Source of the DNA: Lingula anatina
Taxonomy: Eukaryota > Animalia > Brachiopoda
NCBI GenBank assembly: GCA_051362555.1
Contig: CM120649.1
Span: 15,886,567 to 15,950,566 of the forward strand
Direction: 5' to 3'
Length of the DNA stretch: 64,000 nucleotides
Positions within the stretch are counted from its first letter, which is position 1. Every line of letters begins with the position of its first letter. The notes beneath the pieces were generated by a model, which worked only from the letters and a program-made list of their open reading frames with translations, was not told the DNA's origin and made no database searches. Positions 42,604-54,173 of this stretch are shown piece by piece. A program made the translations under genes and the position numbers.

Positions 42604-43863
42604 GAGTTCGTAAGGCCACCAGGAGAATCATATCCAAGGTCAGCAAGTAGGCAAAGGTCATTAGGTCAGAGGTCAAGTTCACTTCCAGAAAGAGATCCTG
42701 GAACTCCGGGAGACTGGCTGGAAAATAACTCTGGACCTAATATTACCATGATTCCTGGGGTTGAACCTGTCCTCTGGGAACCTCTCAGCAATGATGACAG
42801 AATCGAAGAAGAATGGTGTGACCTTGACCTTTGTGATGGCATCCACACAGATGACAGCATTTCCACAAGAAGTTCCCAAAGGGAGATTGAGGTTGAGGCT
42901 GAAGAAATTCCTGTTGAACCACCAGGCTATGATGAGTCCCAGCTCAAACGAACAGTCCCAAATCGTCCAGCACAAGTGCCGATTGAAAAAGTGGTGCCTG
43001 TGCAGCAGCCAGAAGGCGGCGTTATCACAGTATTTCATGTGCAGTCCGAATACAATGGACAGTTTCAAGAATCCAGCCAGGGCAAGGAGGCTGACTCAGA
43101 CATTCAGGCTATTGATGGAGAGAAAAACAAAGGAAAGAAAGTATTATCAGTTAAACCATACAACATGCACAAAGGAAATCAGGATGGAATCGGAGAAATT
43201 GGTCCAAAGTCGAGAAGAAAAAGTAGTCCCAACGACCCATGGTTGACCACTGATGGTGAAAGGGCTCCACATGGAGAGCATTCTAATGCAAATGGCTATC
43301 ACCCAGATGAAGAAGAAGAAGAAGAAGATCTTTGTACAAGAGATTTATGTGATGGTATTCACTCCAGCAATGAGTCTGTGTGTAGCAGTGAAAAACATCA
43401 GCCTCTCCATAGCACCCCTAAGCCAAAGATTCCTCCCACCCTCCTATCCCATAAAGATGATGCTCACACTTACTATTTAGACCAACGAGACCCTCCGCTG
43501 ATATCTCCCGAGCCTATAGTCCCTGAGTACGAGGAAAAGCTTCGGAGCACTGTAGGTCCAGGTTTCTCATGGTCAGCAAACTTAAAAGATTCCGTTTTCA
43601 AGTCCCAGAATTCTGACCGAGTTGGCCTGTCATCGAAGTTCCCAAATCCTGTCCATGTTGAGAAAGTGACCGTTCTGGATGCAAAGCCGTCAGGTGACCG
43701 TGTGAGCTTGACCGGCACACCCAAAGCTGCCAGAGTTCCCAAAGTTGACCAGGGTCAAGGGACTTGGACACCAGTCAGTCAACACAGAATGAGACCCATG
43801 GTGGTGGAATGTACTGATGGTTTATGTGATGGGATTCATACAAGTGATGAGGATCTGTCGGAG
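42604..43863 (+). CDS. Large cytoplasmic exon (420 aa, disordered; three C-x3-LCDGIH motifs, PPGY, poly-E)
   Basis: Acceptor ctttggtttctag|GAG, in frame with the 411-aa ORF 42748-43983. Donor GAG|gtggtg (alternative GTG|gtgttt at 43866). GC content rises; phase 0-0. Confidence 0.9.
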
Positions 43864-44272
43864 GTGGTGTTTCTGTATATGATATTTTCTTTTTTTTTTC
43901 ATGGTGATTTGCATGGATATTGTGTAGCTATTAAGTGTTGTGCTTTTGTAATTGGCTCTGAACCATTTTTGTTGTCATTCTAAGTTTCATTGTGATAAAT
44001 ACATATTATTGCATCAGGTTATGTTAAATGCTCAAAATATTATGTCACCATTTAATAAACTCTTTTTGTACTTCATTTTATGTATATAACAATTGCTCTG
44101 ATTATCTTAAAAGAAAAATTTTTAATAAAGTAAACAACATGTTAGAAGAAATGTCTTCATTGTATTAAAACAAAAGTTGAATTTAACTTAAAAATTTCAG
44201 CAATACTATTCAGCATTGCTGTATAAATTATCTTGATTATATATATATAGTATGACATTTTTCACATTTTAG

Positions 44273-45119
44273 TCCTCAAGCTCAGTCCATCAAGGCTCAA
44301 GACAGAGAGCTGCATCCAAGTCATCTCATCAAAGTTCAAATCAAAGGTCAGGGTCAAGGTCAGATGAGTCATGGCCAGATCCCCCAGACAGTGTCCAATC
44401 AGAGGCCAAAATTGAGAAGGAGCTTGATTCTGGTGCTTTGGACTTACCGCCCCCTCCTCCCACCCCCAAACTTCACAGGAGGGATGTAGGGGGTAAACAA
44501 CTGGAAGTGGTTGGAGACATTTCTCCTTCATCTCCCGGCTCTTCACCACGCTCCAAGAGACACATCACTCCTATTCCTGTCAAAACTCCAACCGTCCCCA
44601 TCACAGCAAAAGTGTCATCAACGTCATCACCATCTTCATCGTCTCAACAGCAATCCTCTTCCCCTAAATCCCCAGCTGGGCTCACCGCCAGGCCAACACG
44701 CCCAGAGAGACCAAACACCCTGATTCCCAAGGGGGAGGCCCCCCACATGTCCCCTAGGGTGCGGAAAGCTGCAGTGCCAAATCTCCAGAGAGATAGGGAG
44801 TGGAAGCCTCTAAAACCCAGGGGACAACCAGCCCATGACAAATTTTGCACATTAGAGCTTTGCGATGGAACACATTCCGAGTCTGATCATGATTTAGATC
44901 AGGGTCATGGAAGCAAGCAAGGTCATTCAGGTCAAGGTCACACAAGTCAAGGTCGTGCAGCTCAACAGCCTCGTCACCCTAACGGTGCTCCCCCAGGAAT
45001 TCCAAAGACAGCCATGTTGACTTTCAGTGTGCTCACCGTGCTGTCACTGGTGTATGGGTCTTGCAGGCTGAACCCTGAAGTTGCCGTCACTGTTTACATA
45101 CCTGGTCATATTGTACTGG
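44273..45119 (+). CDS. Large exon: S/P-rich cytoplasmic region, fourth C-x3-LCDGTH motif, then hydrophobic signal-peptide-like MLTFSVLTVLSLVYG
   Basis: Acceptor ttcacattttag|TCC, in frame with ORF 44438-45142. Donor CTGG|gtaagt, phase 0-1. Confidence 0.88.
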
Positions 45120-46159
45120 GTAAGTGGTTTGAAATTTTATAAAATCATGTGTATATATGATTCCAGTTTTTTCCTGCTTTGGTATGATTTTTGTTTGATT
45201 TAGAAGAATTGATTCAGTTGCCAGAGATATTTTATGACAGTCTTCTCCATCCTCTATTTTTGACCATCTTCCAACAGAAAAAATAAGATGAATCGTCAGT
45301 ATAAACATTAAAATTCTGAGCGTCTTCCAGGAGGTGATTTATCATTTCATAAAAAGTTCACCCTGCAATCTACAACTGTAATGTCATGATAACTATACTT
45401 GGTTTTTATCATCTAATCCTCAGTGGTGAACAATTGAACTCTTTATGGTCATCTGAAACACAATGTGCGTTGCTTTTTTCATTCGTTTTCATAAAACTAG
45501 TCATGCTAAGCTACATTTTGCTATAGGTTGCAAGACGTATGTAAACGTTAATGTACTTTGGTCTCTAGGGAGACATTTAAGGTCTTGGACATTATGAATC
45601 ATTTAATAGATGATGAAAGATGGAATGTGTAAATGGGGGAGTTGTGTTATCAAAAAGATAACTCAGTTTTTTTACTTATTGTTTGAGTTAGATCGACCAT
45701 TTTTCTATAATTGGTTGTGAGAGATAGAGAACTTGAGGCATTATCTGCAAACTTTGTTGTATTTTTTAATCATAAACCCATCACTTTCTAACGGAGCTAT
45801 ATAAAGCATTTGAGGTAGTGGAGTTACTTAGATATGGTATTACATGCCTTGCATGCACTCTATATACAGTTTTAAAAATGAGCATTGTAGTAATTAAGAC
45901 TGTAAATTTTCTAAAGAAAGGATTGCTTTAAGAAAACATGTTCATTTAAGCATTAAATTTTTTTAAAGTTAGATTTATTAATATATTGACTATTTCTGAT
46001 ATCGCACATACTTTTTAACTATTTTGCTGGAACATCCAGATGAATTATAAAAGATTATCAAAAGTGACCTTGGTAAATTAATTAAAATATAATTAACATA
46101 AAAAATTGCTTCATATAAAACAGTTTTAAACTAGGACAGTTTACTGATCTTTCTTATCC

Positions 46160-46535
46160 ACAAGTTTATTAGACTAACATTACATGCCTGATGTGGAATC
46201 ATATTATAGATAAATGTGCTAAATTTTCAATTGATCATGGTAAAACTTTCCTTTTAATGTTACTTGTCTTTGATTGCCCTTAATTGGCACTTTTTCACCA
46301 TAATTACCTAAAATATATATTTTTAACCCACAAGACTCCTAGACTAACATCACTGTTATCAATTTGATTATATTTCTCATGTGGAATCATGTTGTAGATA
46401 AATGTGCCAAAATTCCATTTGATTATGGCAAAATTGTACATTGACTTTGGGTATTTGTAAATGTCATTTCCCTTTTAACATAACTTGCAAGTGATTGCCC
46501 TTGGCACGTTTCTCCCATCATAACCTAGATATCCT
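46160..46535. repeat. Degenerate ~200-bp tandem duplication; its 3' part recurs at 57643-57709 (interspersed repeat fragment)
   Basis: tagactaacat and atgtggaatcat..tagataaatgtgc each occur twice. gtaaatgtca.ttcccttttaacata.cttgcaa...catcataacctagatatcct is shared with 57643. Confidence 0.55.
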
Positions 46536-47236
46536 TTAATTTTAGATTAATAACAAAACTGCACAGATATAGAAGTGATTGCACACTGAGTAAATGAATT
46601 ATGATGGAAAACTAAATGGCCCCAAAGGTATCATAAAAGGAACAACAGACTTGCCTACTCCTTAATGGGGAAGCAAATGAAATAATGAAAGTGACAGAGC
46701 ATCTTCTCGTTTAATGACCCTGAAGATATCTGTTTTGTGTATTTGCTTGTATCAAAAATTTTTTAAGAGAATCAATATGAGGGGGCTGTTGTTACTGTCT
46801 ATAGTCAGTAGAACTTGGCCAACAGGGTATGTTGTTAGCTGAGTTGTGACTTGATGATGACAAGGTGAAAGTGCCTAAAGTCGTCCCTAGTTAATGGACC
46901 TGAAGCTGTCTTTTTTACATCATAAGCCATAAGTTTATCAAGATGACAGGTTATTTTAGAGAAGATTGGTTATTGCTGCTTTTAGAACCCAACTGTGCCA
47001 TTTCAGGCATGCTGGTATGTTGTGTGTTGTATCAAAAATGGCAGTTGGCGTCCATCATTGCTTGCAAGAGAGACGCAGGTCCCCATGGTAACAAGCTCAA
47101 TACTGTTATGATAAAAAAAAGAATGAAAGAAAGAAAGAATGTGGCAGCCAAGTTTTCAGATTGAAGAGGAATCTTTCCCCTACAGGCGAAAATTATTTGA
47201 GATAATGGGATCCAATAGACAATTTGTTATTTCTGA

Positions 47237-50200
47237 TTATTGTACCACCAGCGTTAGCGCTGGCGGTACACATGGTTTCGGTCCCGTCCGGATCGTTCCG
47301 CCGGCTCCGCCGGCTCTGCCGGCTCCGTTGGCTCCGCCGGCTCCGCCGGACGGCTACCGTTACCGCTTCTCCTCCTAGACGGTAAGGGCCCCCGTACCCA
47401 TCTCATGGATTTAGGTCACCTATAATCTCAACTCGTTCCACGTAAAATTTGGGCTTTGTCGGTATTGGGGTCTGGGTGTGGCACTCATTGCAATGCACCC
47501 TTGTCTAAAAATGGCAAAATTAAATGCTAATTATCTACCCTACGGAAGGAGTTATGGGAAAAATTTCTATGGACGGCTTTCCAAAAGTCATATGTGTAGA
47601 TTTCAAATATACCCTTGGATTTGACCTTTGACCTCTACTTCAAGGTCAAATGGGCCAAAATTTTCAAAAAAATGAAATTTTTTACGAAAAAAATTTTTTT
47701 TGCCCTGTTATTCAGACACCACACAGACTTAACCAATAATATTATTGGAAAGTGTTACCCTTCAGGTCATCTTTCATTTCCATGAATTTGGGGTCAATCG
47801 GTGCATTTTCACGGGAGTAGCGGCCATAAGATACCGAAACTGAAAACTGTCTCTAATTCGGGAACCGTTAATGCTAGAGACCCATTCTTTTTTGCATTTT
47901 GTAGAGCATGTAAAGCCCAACACTGGAGGTGGTCTCGGTTTTTTTGTATTCCATACGGTTTTCGAGTTACGCTGTATCAAAAAGTACATATTGGTGGTAA
48001 AAGCAAAATGTGCAGTACGGTAATGGATAATAAATTTTGAACTCTGGAAAAATAAAACATAAGGCTTGGCAAAGCAGACAACTTGTTTTCAAAAATGACA
48101 TTATTTCATCAAATTTGAACTTCTGAAACTTCAGAGCACCTCCTATTTCAAGAATTTTGACCAAAATGACATTTTCTTTATTTTAATTAATTTTTTCTGT
48201 ACGAAATTTAAGGCACATTATGGTAACTCCAAAATTATAACATCTAGTCCCTTATATCTCCAAAACTGGCAGAGATAGGTCCATAGTTACTATTGAAGTT
48301 GAATAGGAAGTCATATACTGGCAATCTTACTATGACCTTGAAATTGACCTTTGACCTACTTTTCACCATGAACTGAACTTTGCAAATTTTTCTTCCCTTT
48401 TATCTCCAAAACTGGCAGAGATAGGTCCATAGTTACTATTGAACTTGAATAGGAAGTCATATACTGGCAATCTTAATGTGACCTTTAAATTGACCTTTGA
48501 CCTACTTTACACCATGAACTGAATTTTGCAAATTTTGCTTTCCTTTTATCTCCAAAACTGGCAGAGATAGGTCCGTAGTTACTATTGAACTTGAATAGGA
48601 AGTCATATACTGGCAATCTATATGTGACATTAAAATTGACCTTTGACCTACTTTTCACCATGAACTGAATTTTGCAAATTTTGCTTTCCTTTTATCTCCA
48701 AAACTGGCTGAGATAGGTCCGTAGTTACTATTGAACTTGAATAGGAAGTCATATACTGGCAATCTAAATGTGACCTTGAAATTGACCTTTGACCTACTTT
48801 TCACCATGAACTGAACTTTGCAAACTTTTCTTCCCTTTTATCTCCAAAACTGGCAGAGATAGGTCCGTAGTTACTATTGAACTTGAATAGGAAGTCATAT
48901 ACTGGCAATCTATATGTGACATTAAAATTGACCTTTGACCTACTTTTCACCATGAACTGAATTTTGCAAATTTTGCTTTCCTTTTATCTCCAAAACTGGC
49001 TGAGATAGGTCCGTAGTTACTATTGAACTTGAATAGGAAGTCATATACTGGCAATCTAAATGTGACCTTAAAATTGACCTTTGACCTACTTTTCACCATA
49101 AACTGAACTTTGCAAATTTTGGTTCCCTTTTATCTCCAAAACTGGCTGAGATAGGTCCGTAGTTACTATTGAACTTGAATAGGAAGTCATATACTGGCAA
49201 TCTAAATGTGACCTTAAAATTGACCTTTGACCTACTTTACACCATGAACTGAATTTTGTAAATTTTGCTTTCCTTTTATCTCCAAAACTGGCAGAGATAG
49301 GTCCATAGTTACTATTGAACTTGAATAGGAAGTCATATACTGGCAATCTAAATGTGACCTTGAAATTGACCTTTGACCTACTTTTCACCATGAACTGAAC
49401 TTTGCAAACTTTTCTTCCCTTTTATCTCCAAAACTGGCTGAGATAGGTCCGTAGTTACTATTGAACTTGAAAAGGAAGTCATATACTGGCAATCTAAATG
49501 TGACCTTAAAATTGACCTTTGACCTACTTTACACCATGAACTGAATTTTGCAAATTTTGCTTCCCTTTTATCTCCAAAACTGGCAGAGATAGGTCCATAG
49601 TTGCTATTGAACTTGAATAGGAAGTCATATACTGGCAATCTAAATGTGACCTTTAAATTGACCTTTGACCTACTTTTCACCATGAACTGAACTTTGCAAA
49701 CTTTTCTTCCCTTTTATCTCCAAAACTGGCTGAGATAGGTCCGTAGTTACTATTGAACTTGAATAGGAAGTCATATACTGGCATTATAAATGTGACATTA
49801 AAATTGACCTTTGACCTACTTTTCACCATAAACTGAACTTTGCAAATTTTGCTTCCCTTTTATCTCCAAAAGTGGCAGAGATAGGTCCATAGTTACTATT
49901 GAACTTGAATAGAAAGTCATATACTGGCAATCTAAATGTGACCTTGAAATTGACCTTTGACCTACTTTTCACCATGAACTGAATTTTGCAAATTTTATCT
50001 CCAAAACTGGCTGAGATAGGTCCATAGTTACTATTGAAGTTGAATAGGAAGTCCTATACTGGCAATCTAAGTGTGACCTTGAAATTGACCTTTGACCTAC
50101 TTTTTATCATGAACTGAACTCTGCTAATTTCTTTCTCTTTTAACTTCAAACTTGACAGAGATAGGTCCATAGTTACTCTTGAACTTGAATAGGAAGTCAT

Positions 50201-50450
50201 ATACTGGCAATTTACTGTGACCTTGAAATTGACCCTTGACCTACCTTACGAAGAACTTAAATTTGATTGTACCATATATATTTTTTGCAATAGTTTAAAA
50301 ATTCTTGTTGATTGTATTTTTACAGCTTGTCAAGCACAAAACTGGCGGCTGTGTCCCTTATTTTGTGTATGTGGGGGTCTATACGAATGCGTTTGCTCCA
50401 GCTGGTGGTACAATATTTGGAGGCGGTATCGCCTCTCTGATCCTCTAGTT
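47237..50450 (+). mobile_element. Non-autonomous Helentron-associated (HINE-like) element, family H2, apparently complete
   Basis: 5' subTIR tattgtaccaccagc plus IR gctggcggtaca, (ccggctccg)n microsatellite, internal 146-bp array, 3' subTIR gctggtggtacaata (50401; 15/15 complementary), stem-loop gaggcg-gtat-cgcctc (50420-50435), end ctagtt. Confidence 0.88.
48253..50245. repeat. 146-bp satellite array, ~13.7 copies, inside the H2 element
   Basis: tatctccaaaa(c/g)tgg at 48255, 48401, 48547 ... 49861 with exact 146-bp spacing, then a shortened unit (49996) and a degenerate last unit. Confidence 0.97.
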
Positions 50451-51397
50451 CTTAAATTGACAATACAGTTACCTGCTCAGCGTAATATACAGTATTGGAA
50501 GGAAAAGATTCAAAGAACTGACAACCTGTTTCTTTTTAGATGATTAAATATTTTCATATTGCTGACATAACAGTTGATTTGTTTTGAAAGGTATTTCATC
50601 ATCTATTGCCACCCTGTCATTGGTTTTGTTAAAAAAAAGGTTGCCATAGTAACTCCTGATGCAAAGGACAAATGATTAGATAATCCAATGTCTCATGTTC
50701 TTGGTTAGAGATTCATTACATAATCAAAGTGGATGGGTGTATTAAATTAGCCATGATATGCTTACCAATTACCTTATTTCATCCCTCCAGAGTATTGATC
50801 ATAATTATATAATGCCAATTTGATGATTTATGCCTCTTGCTAACAAAGTTGGAAGTAAATGCTCTTTATGTACATGTAAATATTTTATGTTTTTGCACAC
50901 ATTGCAAAAAGATGTTTTCTCTCCTCAAACTTTTTATACTCTGTGCTGGTATATATTTTTTTTACTTTTTCATATTATATTGGGGTTTGATGTTGTTTCG
51001 GAGTTGGGTTGATTTAGTGCATTTTATTATTTTTTTTAGTATATTTTATTTTTGTTTTGAGCCCACATATGTTTTGCATTTACAAAAAGTTGCCCTTGTG
51101 GTGGATGTATTGGCCATTGGACTTTTGTGAACACTTTATTGTCATGATTGAGACTCTGCCCTGAGTTCCAGGACAAATTGTTTTTGGTTTTCAATGATGC
51201 TGACTGATTGAGAAGTAAGTGACTTTACTGGATCATTCAGAATAAGGAATGAGAAAGTCCTCAAACACGGGGTAGAATCACCCAGCTCAATATTCAGTGT
51301 TTCTTTATTGTATTCAAATAATCTTGCTGTTAATTTTAGGTTAATTGGATGATTTATTATAGATAATCTCAATTTTTGTTATTATTATTTTCATCAG

Positions 51398-51490
51398 GTG
51401 ATGTTCAAGTCTTCTTTGACACCAGCAATGGAGGTAGAGTAATAGCAGATTATTGGCGTGGCAGAAACAGAAGCTCAATACACGTTTTTG
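51398..51490 (+). CDS. Extracellular exon (G)DVQVFFDTSNGGRVIADYWRGRNRSSIHVF
   Basis: Acceptor ttttcatcag|, donor TTG|gtgagt, 93 nt, phase 1-1. Confidence 0.85.
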
Positions 51491-51602
51491 GTGAGTGCTA
51501 CAAATGTTGCAAATCCTGTGTTGTCATACACAAAAGATGAAAGGATTGCTATCAACAACTGATTAAGATTACTGACTTTTCGGGCCTTTCAACAGTAAAA
51601 CG

Positions 51603-52069
51603 GGCACCTTAGCACAATGACAGCCCAACATGTAAAACTGGCACCTTAACACAATGACAGCCCAACATGTAAAACTGGCACCTTAACACAATGATAGCCC
51701 AACATGTAAAACTGGCACCTTAACACAATGACAGCCCAACATGTAAAACTGGCACCTTAGCACAATGATAGTAGCCCAACATGTAAAACTGGCACCTTAA
51801 CACAATGACAGCCCAACATGTAAAACTGGCACCTTAGCACAATGACAGCCCAACATGTAAAACTGGCACCTTAACACAATGACAGCCCAACATGTAAAAC
51901 TGGCACCTTAGCACAATGACAGCCCAACATGTAAAACTGGCACCTTAGCACAATGACAGCCCAACATGTAAAACTGGCACCTAAGCACATTGATAGCCCA
52001 ACATTTAAAACTGGCACCTTAGCACAATGATAGCCCAACGTGTAAAACTGGCACCTTAGCACAATGATA
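51603..52069. repeat. 37-bp minisatellite (~12.5 copies), continuing at 56806-56850 after the transposon
   Basis: Unit ggcaccttagcacaatgacagcccaacatgtaaaact. Confidence 0.95.
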
Positions 52070-52801
52070 TCCCAAACAAAAATACTTCCTTGCAACAAGC
52101 TAGTCACAAGCTTGTGGCAAGCTAGTTTTACCCTTCGCAAGCTTGTTACAAGCAAGTTGGAAGCTTGCGCATGCTTGCATGAGGCTAAAAAGGATTTCTG
52201 CAAGCTTGCAAGATACTTTTGCAAGTTTGCAGAATTGATCTGCAAGCTTGCGAAATACTCTGCAAGCTTGCAGCGGGCAATGAAGGCTTTCTGCAAGCTT
52301 GCATGATATTTTTGCAGGCTTGCAGAACACTCTGCAAGCTTGCAGTTGGTCAGGGAGGTTTTCTGCAAGCATGCAAGATATTTTTGCAAGCTTACAGAAC
52401 ACTATTCAAGCTTGTAATTAATAATTAAGCTTGTGATGACACTTTCTGCAAGCTTGCATGAATTTTTGCAAGCTAGGAAATCTGAACAAGCATCTGGGAA
52501 TTTTAATTTCTGCAAACTTGGAGGTAAAATGTTAATATGATGAGCCTCTAGAAAGAGGTGAAAGTACTAGAGGATCATATATTCTTTGATTTTCTTATAT
52601 ATAAACAGGAAATTACTGGGCTTTCCTAAAATCTGAACAAATGGCCGGACGAAAAATCCGAAATTTTCAGGGGTTTAATGAAACAGAAACAAAAAGATTG
52701 TTACAAAGTTTTACGATGCTTAAAATGTCATTTGAAACGTTATGATTTGTGTATAAGGTTTTATCTTAATCTTTTCATAGACCAGATAATTTACATATTG
52801 C

Positions 52802-54021
52802 CAGGGATCGTCCTGGGTCAAAATCTGGTTGGGCCATTTTGGCCCACTTGGTCAAAAAAAGTGGGCCATTTTTAAAAAATGTGTGCCGTGAATTATTTGG
52901 CGAAAATTCATTATATTTCAATATTTTTATATGATTAAAAACACTTAAAAAAGGCTTGATGCTATTACTCTAGAGTTCTAGATAATTGTAGTGTGTGGAA
53001 AAATTTTCCAAATTAACAATTGTACTGTCCAAAAAATCAATCATTGTACTGTGCTGAGTAATAGCACTGCATGGAAAGGTTGACAATTCCCATTTTATTG
53101 TGAAAAAGAATCCATTGCTCTGAAAATAATTTTTATTTTTCAAAATATATTTGCATTCTTTTTTAACCTGAAAACAATTAAAGCAATGATCTAAGCTGAG
53201 AGAAACCAGTCTTACATATATCTATATTTACATTAAAATCTAGCAAGCAACTACATAACATTACTAAAATTAGTTGGCATATCGATTAATGTACTTATAC
53301 ATTAAGTATGTGATTATTACACTGCTGCAGGGCTTAACGCTTTTTCAGGACACCTGTCCGCTCAGGCTTACTGCTGACAAGTCTCACCTGTCCCCCAGCT
53401 AATTTTCACTTGCACAGTCCCTCCAACCCCACCTAAAAAAAGTGCATTTTTTTTCAATATCTAAGCTGGTTCCTTTAGGTGGATATAATATGATGGGCAG
53501 TTTTAAATCATGACTGTGCATCCATTGCGCAATTCCCGCATTGAAAACGATGTTGTCCCTCATTTAGAGACATGCAGTGCCACTAAGGGTGAAAAATTAC
53601 AAAAAAAGTCTGTTGAAATTTAGTCTGTAAAAAACAGACGAATATTTCTCCTTTCCACTTATCGATTACTCAACATGCGGCCCGACTGAACTGAGAAGCC
53701 ATACTTGTTTACCTACCTCGTGTAGTTAGGTGTTCTCAGAGGTCCGTGCGCGGCTTGTTTTCAGTGTTTTGAGCATTGCGCGTTTTTCATTGCGTACTTG
53801 TTTCAGTTTCGATAAATTTTTGTGAAACGGGTCACATGTCAGCCCTCGCAACATCGCTACGCGCACTTCGAACGACATCATTATGTAGGGAGATCTTTAT
53901 TATGAAAAAAAGTTTCTGCTATATTTGTACGCGCCAATATGGCGCAGGTTAGAATTTTACTTGCGCCTTTGAGAAAAGGCTCGCGCATTTGGCGCAATCG
54001 CGCGGCCCAGGATTATCCCTG
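52802..54021. mobile_element. Nested hAT-like TIR element
   Basis: cagggatcgtcctggg / cccaggattatccctg (14/16 complementary) with CAGGG...CCCTG ends. No matching 8-bp TSD. A further CAGGG start at 53328 may be another nested piece. Confidence 0.5.
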
Positions 54022-54049
54022 CTCTTTATTACATTACATGTACAGTTCA

Positions 54050-54173
54050 CGGAAGAAATGACCGCAGCGCCACCTATGGCGCGTAGACAAAGCGCTCGTA
54101 CGCATGCGCGGAAATGTCGTCTGCTCTAATCCGCTGCATCAAATTCAAACTGCGAGCTCGAGAATACGAAAAA
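54050..54173 (+). promoter_or_regulatory. CpG-rich putative promoter of the transposon-borne gene
   Basis: Highest CpG density in the window. CTCF-like cagcgccacctatggc (54065), NRF1-like tacgcatgcgcg (54099) and ETS-like cggaaa lie directly upstream of the ATG at 54174. Confidence 0.45.

Noticed and set aside
42666-43742. Antisense and alternative-frame ORFs over the large exon
   Set aside because: Shadows of the GC-richer coding exon with no independent signals.
42817-44875. Calling the gene CISD/mitoNEET or assigning any gene symbol
   Set aside because: The motif lacks the C-x-C and Pro of the true CDGSH domain and the architecture differs. No symbol can be supported.
49086-49683. Two near-identical 101-aa minus-strand ORFs
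   Set aside because: They are translations of the 146-bp satellite, offset by 292 bp, and not genes.
48253-52069. CRISPR-like appearance of the 146-bp and 37-bp arrays
   Set aside because: Units are contiguous with no unique spacers, there are no cas genes, and the context is a eukaryotic intron.
51871-52428. Overlapping ORFs rich in CKLA/LQAC/ASLQ (also 56353-56842)
   Set aside because: Produced by the GCAAGCTTGC palindromic subterminal repeats in all frames.
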